A stretch of DNA of 64,000 bases from Macrostomum lignano (Eukaryota), in assembly GCA_002269645.1 (NCBI GenBank), contig NIVC01003697.1, forward strand, positions 1 to 64,000. The letters run 5' to 3'. Every line of letters starts with the position of its first letter. Within the stretch, counting starts at the first letter, position 1. A program made the position numbers and the translations under genes. Positions 23,761 through 36,218 of the stretch are shown here, piece after piece. The notes below the pieces were generated by a model. It was not told the DNA's origin and did no database searches. It saw only the letters and a program-made list of their open reading frames with translations.

Positions 23761-25690
23761 TCAAGCCGCCAGCTCGTCGCCGGTCCGCTCAGAATTCACC
23801 CCCGCCGTCATAGCGATTTCCTCTTCTCCATCAGCATCCTTGTCTGCGGAGCTGTAGGGCTTGGCTGGAGACGCCACCGCGCCCATTACAAGGTGGTAGG
23901 CCAGCTCCAGCAGCTCGCACAGGGTCAGCAGGCTGCAGCCGATGTACAGGCCGAGGAGTCCGCCAATGTCAGCCAGGAAGGCCGACCACGAGTATGAGTA
24001 GGCCATGGTGATCTTCGGCGACATGGGACTCTTCACCGAGATCTCCACTTGGATCATGGACTGGGAGACATAGTGGCGGAAGACCGCCTCAGTGTGGCCC
24101 GAATGACTGCCTGCAAGTGCCGTAGATTTTCTGTGGTGTTATATCTGCTATCTCTGCTTGCTCTGGTCAATAAATTTGGCGAGATTGAATCACAAGATGA
24201 CCTAGCGACACCTGAACTTGCAAGCACTAAGCCCTCCCTAAAACATTAAATCTCACAATGCTCTTCGAGCACAAAGTGCAGATGCGGGGCAGCTCACCTG
24301 ATGAGAAATTCTCAGCCAGTTCGATCAAGCGCACTGTCCCAGGGCAGCATTTTTCAAGTGCCTCGCTTTGGGAACCGAAAAACTTCAGTAAAAATCTGGC
24401 CAATCCCTTACTCGATCTCGGCCATTTCATTGAAGTGGCCTGCACGATGTACTTCTTGTACTCGCAGGGCTGGTGCTTCGTGCAGTGGTCAATCACCTGC
24501 TGAGTGTGCTTGTCAATGAAAGCTTTCATCTCCTCTTCAGTTGACGCGTTCAATTTTGATATGTTGCTCATGGCGATCTCCGTCATGTTTTCAATCCTGG
24601 GCACGTCCTTCCATTTCCAGGGCTTTGGGTACTGGGAGAAGAGAACCTTGAACCGGTTTTCCAACAGGGTGCTCATGTGGATGAAGAAACAGGCGCCTCG
24701 GCTGTTCGTGTACTCCTTCCGTGCACCGGTCAGCTGGTCCTGGAACTCCGGCTTGGCTTGGCTCGGGTTGCAGTACGTTCCGTGAAGTTCTGAGCCAAAC
24801 TCTTTGTCTTCCATTTCGAGTGAGATCTCGTACTGCCTGCCTGCCGCCAGGCTCACTTTGGTCTCGTGCAGCGGTGAAGGATAGGCGCCTCTGGGCACCA
24901 CCTGCAGATTGTAGCCCAGGCTGGACAGGCCGTAATACCCGTCTGTTGTCTGCCAGTCCTCGAACGGCACGCTCTCGTTGTTGAACGGATTGGTAATCGG
25001 ATTGATGCTCGCGCCTCCGTAGTTGAAATCGAAATTGTGAGGGTCTACGAACGGCCAGGCAAGCACAACCGACCGCCTGTAGTTCAGGTTATCGTATTCC
25101 TCCTCCGGCACGTTCACCTTGAAGCAAATCTTGTTGTTCGGATGGAGAAATTTCGCTATAGCAGATTCGAACTTGCTCTGAGACAGCGAGGAGTGCATCA
25201 CGGCAGGATGAATAAGAAACGCCTGCTGATTACTCTGCAGTAAGTACTTCTGAAGAATCTGCACAGGCATCGACATCTGTATCTGCGACACCCTGGGAAG
25301 TGTGCTGTAAAATCCCTTACAAAATGTAGATTCCTTTGCGCAGTAGAGTCTGTCGTAGAGCCGGTTCAGCCTCTCAACCTCTTCATTTACGATCTTGGTC
25401 TCATTTTCCTTCAAAGTGTAGGGAATGCTGCCAGAGTAGATCAGGCTCGGACACAGGTAGAGGTCCGGGAACTCGAACGGTACCTTCTCTGCTTCGTAAG
25501 TCTGATCAATTGAGATTTTGGTGATCTTCTCAAACATACTAAAGGAACTTCGGCAGCACAGAGCCAGGAATACCATGAACAAGATTGTCCACATGACCTT
25601 CAGTGCGAGCGACCGGGGGCCCGCAGCCCTGCTGATGCCGTGAGCACTGCTCTCAGCGATTGCTGCGACTATGATGCTCTTTGCTGACAT
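23761..25690 (-). CDS. Complete two-exon DEG/ENaC channel gene, ~580 aa (exons 25690-24298 and 24110-23761)
   Basis: MSAKS..ESSAHGISR (HG motif), TM1, FEFPDLYLCP and a long ectodomain. Phase-1 intron gtgagc..ttgcag joins in frame (FSS|GSHSG..SMIQVEIS). TM2 FLADIGGLLGLYIGCSLLTLCE. Confidence 0.85.
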
Positions 25691-25992
25691 GCTTGAAAAA
25701 GAACTCGAGTTGGATGTTTTGAGCAACTTTCTCGAAGCGGAAAAAATCAAAGCGTTTGTTTATACTTCCGCTATCGCCCAGTCCAGTATGAGACTGCAAT
25801 GTTACAACAGTAGTGCGTGAATCAAATAGAATATTTTTACGCGTTCCAAATTCATTTTTGTTCGAAAATACATGTACGTATCCAGAACGATTATCACAGG
25901 TCAGCTATCCAAGACCACTGGCCATCTCTGCTGCAACAGCTGCTGTGACAGTGAGCAAACTCTTGCTTGAAAACTTCGATCATCAAGTGATC

Positions 25993-26821
25993 TGTGACGT
26001 TGCTAGTTTAAGTGGTCCCGCAAAAGGGCCGTTGGACTATAGTTTCCCTTGTAATTTCTCATTTTAATTTCTCCAATAGTTTATTTTAACGTTTACTTAT
26101 AGTAGCGTGCAAATAATCTGTATCAACTGCTATTTCACTGTGTATTTGGTAGGCCTTGCGCTCGTCTGTGAATTTTGGCACGATCGATAATTTCAAGTTC
26201 TCTCGCCAGCCAATGAAAACTCTCCGTGTTTTACGCTACCCCCTTTTGCGCTCTTTATTAACCCTCGCCTGGCGGGCTGGGGGTTTCACTCTTCCCTGTT
26301 CTTGTGTTCGGTGTTCTCTCTCCTTAGGCTTGTCCTCCGTCCCGTCTGGCTTGCCTAGCCTTGTCTAGCCTTGTTTTCCTTCTCTCTGTCTGGCTGCCTC
26401 GAGCCTCCTTATCTCACGCCACGGCTGACGCCAACCTCGCCACTGCTCATCTGCCTGCCTACTGCGCCTCACTGCCTTCACTGTGCTCATTGCCATTGCT
26501 CCTCACGTTACGTCGCCATTGCATCATTCGTCTGCCACTTGACTTCACATTCAATTTATCTTCAAAAACCATTGTTGCAGCCGCCAGTGCCCAGAAAGCT
26601 ATAGTTTGTGTATTGACAGTAATAACCAAGCCTAAAATTGATACTACCAATAAAAACAACTACGGCAGTTCCTGCCTTTATCGCCAAGTGCTCCGCTACA
26701 AAATCCGCTTAACAAGAGTTGACTTCAACTTATTTTGAGACTACGACTCACTACAACTCTCGTCAAAACGGCCCTTTTAAGGGTCATAGCCATACTTAGC
26801 CGCTACGCCAATAACGTGACA
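25993..26821. mobile_element. TG..CA element, copy 1 (solo LTR or non-autonomous Ginger-like transposon)
   Basis: 4-bp TSD GATC, imperfect inverted ends, and homology to 36619-37303. Confidence 0.75.
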
Positions 26822-27701
26822 GATCGTTTTTCAAGACTGAATTTAGACTCAACATTGCTTGAATTAGTGTACACCAAAAACCAAAAGCCAAGTCTTAGTG
26901 TCCAGCTGATTCATAGTAGTGCAGGCTGTATGCTCAAAGTTATGAAGCAAAACCATAGATCAAACCTGTCTACATGCTCGCCTATCTAAAAACCAATGAC
27001 TGCTCAAGTAGAAGGACCGGAAACTATGTTTCTTGGAGATGTTCAGGAGGCAGGTTTTACCGAAAAAATACACTGCGGAGAATGGAGGTTTTCATTTTTT
27101 CAGCACAAAAATTGTTATTTCTTTAATAGGAGGCAGACTCATCGCTCATCTTTTGATATGTTTGCCTTTCTTAGAGCCTTTTACATACGTGTGTTAATTT
27201 TTCTGAAGTATTCTGTACCTATATACTAAATCTCTAACCCATGTTTGTCCGTGTAAAACGCTCCACAGGCTGAACGCCTCAACCAATTGGTATCGTGTTT
27301 TTCACCAAAAAAATTTAAATCAGACAAGTATTGTATGGTTAAAAATTTCTTTAATCTGCTTCAATGCTAAATGTATTAACTATTCAAAAAACGACTTTTC
27401 CTAATGCTTTTAATGGGAGGCCAAACCAGGTTGAATTCTTGACTGGCTGAATTCCAATTTCAAAAGTGATTGCGCCACAACTTTGCGCCACTGTGTAGGC
27501 CCCAATACTGGCTGCAGTGTGCAAGGAGAGAAAAAATGCTTAAGGGGGGAACTGCTGAGATGCTAAGGCTCACGGGGGAATGGCTGCGATTTCAAAGGCT
27601 CATAAGAGAATAGCTGAAATTCACGAACTGTCAAGGTTCGTTGGGTAATTGTTGAAATGCTGTGGTTTATGGAGGGAATTGCTGAAATGCTGTGACTTGG
27701 C

Positions 27702-27765
27702 AGGGTTAGGGTTAGGGTTAGGGTTGGATTAGGGTTAGGGTTAGGGTTAGGGTTAGGGTTAGGGG
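27702..27765 (+). repeat. Interstitial (TTAGGG)n telomere-like tract
   Basis: About ten TTAGGG units with one degenerate unit, embedded in degenerate short repeats. Confidence 0.85.
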
Positions 27766-28165
27766 TTCAACCATAAGACTCATGTGGAATTGCCTAAAAG
27801 ACTAAAAGAAGCGTCATTTAAAAATAGCAGAAGGGTCATGCAAAAAGAATAGAAGCGTCTTGTCAGACGAAAAGGAAGCGTCATATAAAAAAGAAGCGTC
27901 TTGAAAAACAAATGAAGCGTCAATTGAAACTTTGCTGTGACTCTTGGGGAAATGTCAAGACTCGGGGAGGGGAATTTCTGAAATTTCACGGCTAAGGTCA
28001 GAAGCTACATGTAGTTAATTCGAAAATTAAAATTGAAATTTTATTGAAATTTGAAATTTGAACATGATTATTGCATTTCATGATACATGTAAGAAAATGA
28101 TTGTTGCACTAGCTTAGAAAAAGATACTTTCACCATGCAGATAAGAATATAATGATGGCACTAGC

Positions 28166-31100
28166 CACAGATAATAAATACCCTAGATGGTTCACTCAGC
28201 ATTATCTTTATGCGTCAGTTTGATTTGCTACTCTCTGTCCAGTGGCATAAGCGCATATTTGCTCTATTTTTTGTCTTGACATAAAATATTTGGAGAGAAT
28301 GATGGTCTAGATGCCCGCGTCACACGCGCACAACCTTGGCGCTTTCAATTCTTTTATCTATGGCCAAGCTTGGCAGTGGATCGGAATTCTCAGGCGTAAA
28401 AACCAGTAGTAAAATCTGCACCCACCCCAAAAAGGCGTTGGTCTTGGCCATAGACAGTCGAAGAAATCGATTGACTTCGTTTCTAGCTAGCAGTCAAGTG
28501 GGACGAGATACGGAGTTTAAAGTAATAAGGCAGGACGGAGAAAGAAAAGATTTTACTTCGCACTTTACCAGCAAGCAGTGCAAGAACGACAAAAACACCA
28601 GCAACGCTTCTTGCAATCACCATACTGACATGGAATTCAGCTCAAAGCGCTGCTGTGCAGCCACCTGCACCCATACAGCGCAATCTCTAACGGACGAGGG
28701 AGTGGCTGTGCGAATGCACAGGTTTCCAGCGGACGACGGAGTTGCGAATCGATGGAGGCAAATGCTGGAAATCGACTTGGACATCGGAGCCATTCGCAAG
28801 ATGGGATTGCGAGTGTGCAGTGTGCATTTTACTGACAATGATTACAGCTGTCCTTCTCTGCGACATGAATATACCACACGTTTGCGATGGAATGCCGTTC
28901 CAGACAGGGAGCTGACTCTACCCCGCCTCATTGCACATGACCTGACACATTTGGTTTTTCGCAGTGACGAAGAGGCTGACAATCTCTATCCACCTGAACT
29001 GCAGCCATTCAACGGCACCGATGGTGAGCCGCCACAGGCCGAAGAGCAGCAGACAATGCCAACAGCCAACAGCTCAACCAACCAAGGTCATGCTGAACAA
29101 CGAAGCAATAACATCATCGCTCAGCTGCGCAGCAAAGTTCGCCGCCAAAAAACCACCATCCGACAGATGCAAGCGCGAATAGAAAAAGCAAAAGCAGTCC
29201 AGTCGGGTAGCAGCAGCTCAATAGCTACTCGTCTGATGCAGCAGAAAATCAGGCGTGATGTTCGCAGTCGCGGCATGCGCTGGACCAAAAAAGACATTGC
29301 GTGCTCAATTCAGCTGCATCACAAAGGCTCGTCAGCTTACCGACTGGTCCGCAATAAGTGGAAAATTCCGCTACCATCAAGTTCGACAATTAGGCGGCGA
29401 ATTCGACAGTATTTCGTATTGCCTGGGATTTGCAACTTGACGATACGATCCTTGCAGTCCAAGTTTGATGCATCATCGACAAATCAGCAGCGGATTGCTA
29501 CCCTTTGCTTCGATGGAATGAGTCTCACACCCAGCCTGCGCTACCAGCAACATCGTGACGTGGTGGTGGGCTGCGATCCACGAACCGCTGATGACAGCAA
29601 GGAGCAGTTGCCCAGACCTGTAAACGAGGCCATCGTCGCTGTGCTTCGAGGAGTCTTTCAGGACTGGAAACAACCAATCGCATATTATCCTGTTTTTCGA
29701 ACTCTTGGCCAAGAAGGATTCGGGATAGCTATTGATGAGTGCCTGACAGCTAGCCACAAGGCCGGGATTAAGGTCGTTGCACTGGTTGCGGATCAAGAGT
29801 CAACCCAGTGGGCTCACCTTTCCAGACGGGCTGACACTGCAAATCCTTTTTTACGTCACCCTGTAACCGGTGAGCCAGTCTACGTCATCGTGGACATCCC
29901 ACATTGCCTAAAAAATGCTAGAAACGCCCTGATGAAGAACGACATCAAATTCAACGAGTGCAAGCTAGCTAAGTGGCAGCATCTCATCCAGTTTTATCAG
30001 AACGACAGCGGCCCATCTCTCCGATTAGCAAGCAAGCTCACCGACGCTCATTTCAGCTTAGCTCTGGGTCAGAAGATGAAAGTATCGCTCGCAGCACAAG
30101 TGTTAAGCCATTCTGTTGCAAGTGGTATCAGGACTTTGGTCCATCATAATGAGTTATCTGAGGATGCGTTGCAGACAGCTGAATTTGCGAAGCGTCTGAA
30201 TGACATTTTCGACATGCTGAACTCAGCGCATCTCTATGGCAAAGGCTTCCAGCAGCCGATTCATCGCGATACTCTATCGGCGCAGATCGACCGTCTGACA
30301 GAGGCGGAAGACTTCGTGCGGAGCTGGCGCTTTCTCCCACTGAATGGGCGCGCTGTTAAGCCTACGATGCCATTCAAAGAAGGGTGGCTCCTATCGCTTT
30401 CTGCTACCAAGCAGCTGTGCACTACTCTCATTCGGGACCACCACTTTGACTACGTGTGTACTCGCCGATTTACTCAAGATCACGTTGAGGTAAGTTCACA
30501 AAATTTATTAAAAGCGAGACTATATTTCCATAATTAAATATTTAAAGATTACTTCACCCTAATTAGTGGTTCAGCAATGTACAAGAATTTGCATTGATGA
30601 AACAAAGGGCATCGTACAATTCTCCTCTTCAGAACCTTTTCTGCATCATCCGCGGGCACAACGGTTTTAACGACAGACCAGAGCTCAGCTCCTTCGTCGG
30701 TGCCCTGCGGTCCGTGGCTGCCAGCGGCCTGGCCCAGCCTGACTCGACGTCTCGCAACTGCGAAGACGACAACTGTGAGGCTGCCATCATAGCAGCCTGC
30801 GCCTCCACCGGTGCCGGAGACTGTGTGACTACCAAAGCGGGTCCACAGAACTCAAGCAGTGTTGTATGCCAGGCACCACAGCAGCAGCTGCTCCAAAAAA
30901 AACTGGACTCCTGGCAGGGCGCAAGCAATGTCTCGCTGGAAGCTGCTGAGTACGTTGGCGGATATGTGCTAAAGCGAAGCCGAGTTCTTCACTGTCAGGT
31001 GTGCAACTCTTTGCTTACAGCATCCGAATCTGCAGGGGTTCACATCCAGCACAAGACCTACTCGCATGCATTCCGCGGGTTGACTGCGCCCTCGCCGGTG

Positions 31101-31739
31101 GCGCTTGTTGCATTTATGAAGATGGAAGCCGAGTTCGCAGCCCTGACATCCAGCTTCATAATCCAGCCTCGTGTGGCAGCTCGGTTTGTTAACCACCTCC
31201 GGGAACAATTAGTAGCACTGCCTGCCTGCGAGCTGCATCACACGCGGGTGCATAATCAGGTTTTTAAAAATTTTGCTCACCTACGGCTGCACCATTGGTG
31301 CCGACGTGAAATGAAGAACCTGCGTGCAGTGGCCCAAAAAAAGAAAACTATGGGGAAAATTCGCAAACTACACTAACTTTGTTACACTAGTATAACTTAA
31401 GAACTTTATAGTCGCATCCTTTTATTCTACGGTAATTTTAATTTCACTGTATTATAAATATTACCCCGTTTTGTTCTTTTTTCTCACTTGCAATGCACAA
31501 AAATGTTGCTTGCTTGCTAAATAAATAAAAATAATTACTGAGTATACCAGTAGCAATGTAGCATTAAAGTTTGACTTACGATTGTGTAGACAACGTCAAT
31601 AATCAATGTTTTAGCTTAATTATTCACAGCTACATGCAGTTGAATAAATAAATATAGCTTTTTACGATCATACTACCGAACAGAGAGTAGTTTTGCTAAA
31701 TATAGTCGAGTGAACCATCTATGGTATTTAGTATCTGTG
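28166..31739 (+). mobile_element. P-superfamily DNA transposon, apparently intact
   Basis: 32-bp TIRs CACAGATA(A/C)TAAATACC(C/A)TAGATGGTTCACTC at 28166-97 and 31708-39 (2 mismatches). Perfect 8-bp TSD GCACTAGC at 28158-65 and 31740-47. Confidence 0.92.
28630..31376 (+). CDS. THAP-domain P-element transposase, two exons (28630-30489 and 30633-31376), ~867 aa
   Basis: THAP C2CH (CCAATC..HRFP..W..RVCSVHF). Catalytic motifs LCFDGM, VADQ and DIPHCLKN. A phase-0 GT-AG intron joins QDHVE|NLFCIIRGHNGFNDRP. No internal stops. Confidence 0.9.
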
Positions 31740-31823
31740 GCACTAGCTGAAGAAATTGTTGCACTAGCTTGCTGGGGGTGCATGCTTGCTATCTGGGGAT
31801 GCTTGCTATCTGGGGATACTAGC

Positions 31824-34720
31824 TGTCGAATAGACAATAAACTAATAGAACGAGATTTAAGTGGTGCAGAAAGGAAGGAGGAGCAGAGGACGAGAACACC
31901 GGCCGTAGCCGCGAGTTGAACTTCTATTTATACTAACAACAATGAACAGGTTGGCTGAATAATTATCTATGGTGAATTAACGGTTGATATTGTCTGTGGG
32001 GAAGAGTATGGTAGATGAAGGGAGACGGCTAACTGAAAAGTACGAGTCTGAATTGCAAAATAGAAAGTACAAATATTTGGAGGATGGAAATCCGACAGGC
32101 TCGGGGGGCCAACGGGTAACGATAGATAGAGGGGATTTTGAACGGCAAAAACAGTAGAATGATTAAATAGCGAGTATTTGCGCATTGAGTTTAGTTCGTG
32201 AAAGCGGTCAACTGTTTAGTCAGGTTGTAACAATGCCGGGCCGGAAGCCGAGCCGGCAGGCGGGCCGGCAGACGAGACGGGCAGCATCTTCCTTGGTGTC
32301 AGCGCCGATGACGAGGTTGTCGACATAGAGGCTGCCAATGATGCGCTCGAGCTCGGATTGGGTGAGGTCGGAATCTCCCGAGTTAATTGCGTCTAAGCAT
32401 ATCTTGTGGAGGACTGCCAGGAGAATCCACGCTCTGGGAGAGGCGCCCATGACGATGCGAGTGAAGCGCCAGAGCTCGAAGCTGCCCTGTACTAGCGGCT
32501 TGGTGATGTACTTCGGGAGGATGATGCAGAGGACGTCGCGGTGAGGTTCGTGAACGCCTTTCTGGTAGAAGGCGGCCTTGAGGTCAGATGAGATGCCGAA
32601 CTGGTGAGCGCGGTGAACTAGAAGGACTTGAAGCATTGACGTCAGCAGGTTGGGCCCAGGCTCTAGGAGGTCGTTGAGTGTGGCGCCAGCGAGCGAGGTC
32701 TTGGTAGAAGCGTCGACGACGGGGCGGATCTTCGTCGTGTGGAGCTCCCCTTTATGACTGGGAAGTGCGGCAGAGTCTGGATGACTGGGCCAGCTACCTG
32801 GCCAGGGCTGACTCGTTCCAGGACACCTTCTTGCTTGCGCTTCTCGAACTCGGCGTAGTAGGCCTCGCGCTCGGGAAGGCTGAGGCGGCGGTGGGTGGCT
32901 TGAGCACGACCGAAGGCCTGGCCAAAGTTGGAAGGTAGGAGCTCGGCTCCAGGTTCGAATGGCAGGTCGACGGAGATTCGAACGTCGGTATCGCGCATGA
33001 TGGAGTCGGGCAGGCGTTCCTGGGGTCTGTCGTTCCTGGCGTCGGGCCTTTCAGCATCCTTTGCCGTTCCGAGAGCTTCGAGGTTGGACATGCTGTCCAG
33101 AAGTCGGTCGAGGTGGAGCCCATCGTTGTTAGGGAAAGTGTTCGCAATGACCACTTGCGAGGAGCCGAGGAAGCCGTTGAGACGAGAGGCTGTGGTATCA
33201 AGGGAGCCGTCGAGGATGGCCCGAAGGGTGTCGGGCAGGCTTTGAGAGTCGGTCGAAGCGCTTGGGCGGGTACGTTAGGGCTGATAGGCTGACTGGCGTC
33301 GCTGCAGGGACAAGAAGTCTTGGGCTCTTGGCTGGCAGTGGAACTTAACTTCGCGGCTGGGCGAGATTTAATGTCGGCGCAAGGAGCGGGGTCAGGTCGA
33401 TAGGCGTCCGACGATAAGCGATTGCCGATGCTGCGGGCTTGTGGCGGCTGGGAACTGGCGTTGTCCAGAAGGATGGCGGAAGCGAAGGTCGCAGCCGGCG
33501 GGGTAGCGGAAGCGGCTCTGAGCGTCTTCAGCTTGTAATCGAGGTGGCACTGGAGCTGTGTCATAGTTGGCATGAGAGGCTGCCCGTTGGCAGCACGAAG
33601 GTTGCGGATCTCACTCTGCAGCTCGATCGGGAGGCGGCTCCACAGGGCGTAGACGTAGCCGTCGATGGTGCTGGCGGGCTCGCCAAGGCGGAGGAGCTGG
33701 CCGGTAGCGAGTCGGAGGGCGTCGGTGTAGGTCTCGAGCTCGTCTATGTCGGAGGCAGAGTTGCAGTGAAGGGCGAGGAGACGCTGGAAGGAGGCGTTTT
33801 TTTGCTCCTGTGTGTCGGTGTAGTTGGCCTGGAGGACACGGCAGGCCTCGGCGTAGGCGTTGGGTTGGTAGGCATTGAGGGCACCGAGCTTCTTGAGAGC
33901 GGAGCCGGAGAGCAGACCGCGAAGCGCCTCGAATTTGTCGACGTCGTTGAGGCTGGAGCGGTCAACGCGGTAGACGAAGGCGTCCCAGAAGCCCGGAAAT
34001 GCAGCAGGGTCCGTACCGTCGAAGGTCGGGAGATGTACGTTCTTGAGAATGGTGGAGCGGATGAGCCCGGCCGGATCGTGAGCATCTGATGCGGGCGTTG
34101 AGGCAACTGGTGTCGAGGCTGGATGGACAGTGGCGGCGAGCTGCTGAATGAGCTGCTGGTTCTGCTGCATCATCGCGGTCATTGAGGCGATGAGGGCGTT
34201 TACGTCGACGGAGGCAGCGGGAGCTGTTGCAGGGATCAGAGTTGTGGAAGTAGCAGCGAGAGGAGCGGATGTCGTGGCGGATGAAGCAGCTGGCGGCGGG
34301 TCACTGGCTTCGACGGCGGCTGCTCCGCGGCAGTGGTCGCTTCAGTAGAGGTTGAGAGGTGGTCGTTCTGGGACTGCTGATGGTCGTCAGATTGGTCAGT
34401 TGTCGATCGTGTGATGACCATGGTAACCACGCTCTGCTACCAAAATTGTCGAATAGACAATAAACTTATAGAATGAGATTTAAGTGGTGCAGAAAGGAAG
34501 GAGGAGCAGAGGACGAGAACACCGGCCGTAGCCGCGAGTTGAACTTCTATTTATACTAACAACAATGAACAGGTTGGCTGAATAATTATCTATGGTGAAT
34601 TAACGGTTGATATTGTCTGTGGGGAAGAGTATGGTAGATGAAGGGAGACGGCTAACTGAAAAGTACGAGTCTGAATTGCAAAATAGAAAGTACAAATATT
34701 TGGAGGATGGAAATCCGACA
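31824..34720 (-). mobile_element. BEL/Pao LTR retrotransposon, internally deleted (non-autonomous)
   Basis: 274-bp LTRs at 31824-32097 and 34447-34720 (2 differences seen), 5-bp TSD CTAGC and PBS TGGTAGCAGAGCGTGGT at 34442-34426. BEL-type gag (LPTFDG..FWDAF..DKFEALRGLLSG) and RT remnants (DLKAAFYQ, YVDNL). No RNase H or integrase. Confidence 0.88.
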
Positions 34721-34725
34721 CTAGC

Positions 34726-35470
34726 TATCTGGGGATGCTTGCTATCTGGGGATGCTTGCTATCTGGGGATGCTTGCTTTCTGGGGATGCTTGCTGTCTGG
34801 GGATGCTTGCTATCTGGGAGGATGCCTGCTATCGGGGGATGCTTGCTGTCGGGGGATGCTTGCTATCGGGGGATGCTTGCTGTCGGGGGATGCTTGCTAT
34901 CGGGGGATGCTTGCTGTCGGGGGATGCTTGCTATCTGGGGATGCTTGCTATCGGGGGGATGCTTGCTATCGGGGGATGCTTGCTATCTGGGAGAATATAC
35001 TTGCTGTCTGGTGATGCTTGCTATCGGGGGGATGCTTGCTATTTGAGAGGATGCTTGCTATCTAAGGATGCTTGCTATCTGGGAGGATGCTTGCTATCGT
35101 GGGATGCTTGCTATCTGGGAGAATATACTTGCTGTCTGGTGATGCTTGCTATCGGGGGGATGCTTGCTATTTGAGAGGATGCTTGCTATCTAAGGATGCT
35201 TGCTATCTGGGAGGATGCTTGCTATCTGGGGATGCTTGCTATCTGGGGATGCTTGCTATCTGGGAGGATGCCTGCTATCGGGGGATGCTTGCTGTCGGGG
35301 GATGTTTGCTAACTGTGGATACTTGCTATCGGGGGATGCTAGCTATCTGGGGAGGCTTGCCATCGGGGGATGCTAGCTATCGGGGGATGCTTGCTGTCGG
35401 GGGATGCTTGCTATCGGGGGATGCTTGCTATCTGGGGATGCTTGCTATCAGGGGGAGGGGTGCTTGCTGT
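34726..35470. repeat. ~17-19-bp minisatellite (gatgcttgctatctggg)
   Basis: Tandem units. The first units also occur left of the BEL element (31780-31818), so BEL inserted into the edge of the array. Confidence 0.9.
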
Positions 35471-35880
35471 CTTGGGGATGTTTTCTATTTAGGGTATTTA
35501 GGGGAATGCCTGTTATCTTTGTGAAGGCTTTATTCGTTGCCTTTTTACTTTGAGAAAAAATTGATTCATAGCAAACATCTTTGTCCATGACAGTTTTATT
35601 CGAATATGATGATTGATAAAAGTGAAGAAGGAATTGGTTCTTAAGAAAATGTGCTTTTTAATGAATTTTCATGAATAATTTTTGCTCCTTGCTTAATGGG
35701 CGCCCGGAATTTGGATAATGTTTAAACTACAATGGTGATCCTGGAGATAATGGCCCATAATGGCCATAATGGCCCAATTAACAAGCTAATCACCCTATGT
35801 TAATTTCATCCCTTTATTTTACAATTGCCATAACGATTCAAAAGTGCCATTTCCATGTTAATTTAGAACTGGATGTTAGC

Positions 35881-36218
35881 TATTAATAATATATTAATAA
35901 TTAATTAATACACCTGCCATACTGGACCAGATAAGCAAACGACAGCTCAGCCGCAGCTATTGCACGGTGCATCTGATAGCTGCGTACGGCTGTTCAGTCC
36001 AAGGAGTGGGGGGTCGCCACGCACCCTCGATTGCCCCAGCTAATGCTGGCACCTATTTTACATCTGGGTGAACCAAGATTTTACAAGTAATGCAGAGTAG
36101 TGTCTTGCTCAAAGATATAATGATTGTTCCAATGGAATCGGGAATCGAACCCCCCCCCCCCGACCTTCAAGTCGTGAGTCCGAGGCTCTATAGCCTCTAA
36201 CCAAGGCTGCAAACCCCC
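35881..36218 (-). mobile_element. tRNA-derived SINE, family 2 (CORE-like)
   Basis: The reverse complement is homologous to 59085-59370. B box ggttcgattccc and an (ATT)-rich tail. Confidence 0.75.

Noticed and set aside
27702-27765. True chromosome end or fusion point
   Set aside because: The tract is short, in one orientation only, and has no head-to-head CCCTAA partner.
28336-28629. 98-aa N-terminal extension of the P transposase
   Set aside because: It begins at TTG. THAP domains are normally N-terminal, so the ATG at 28630 is preferred.
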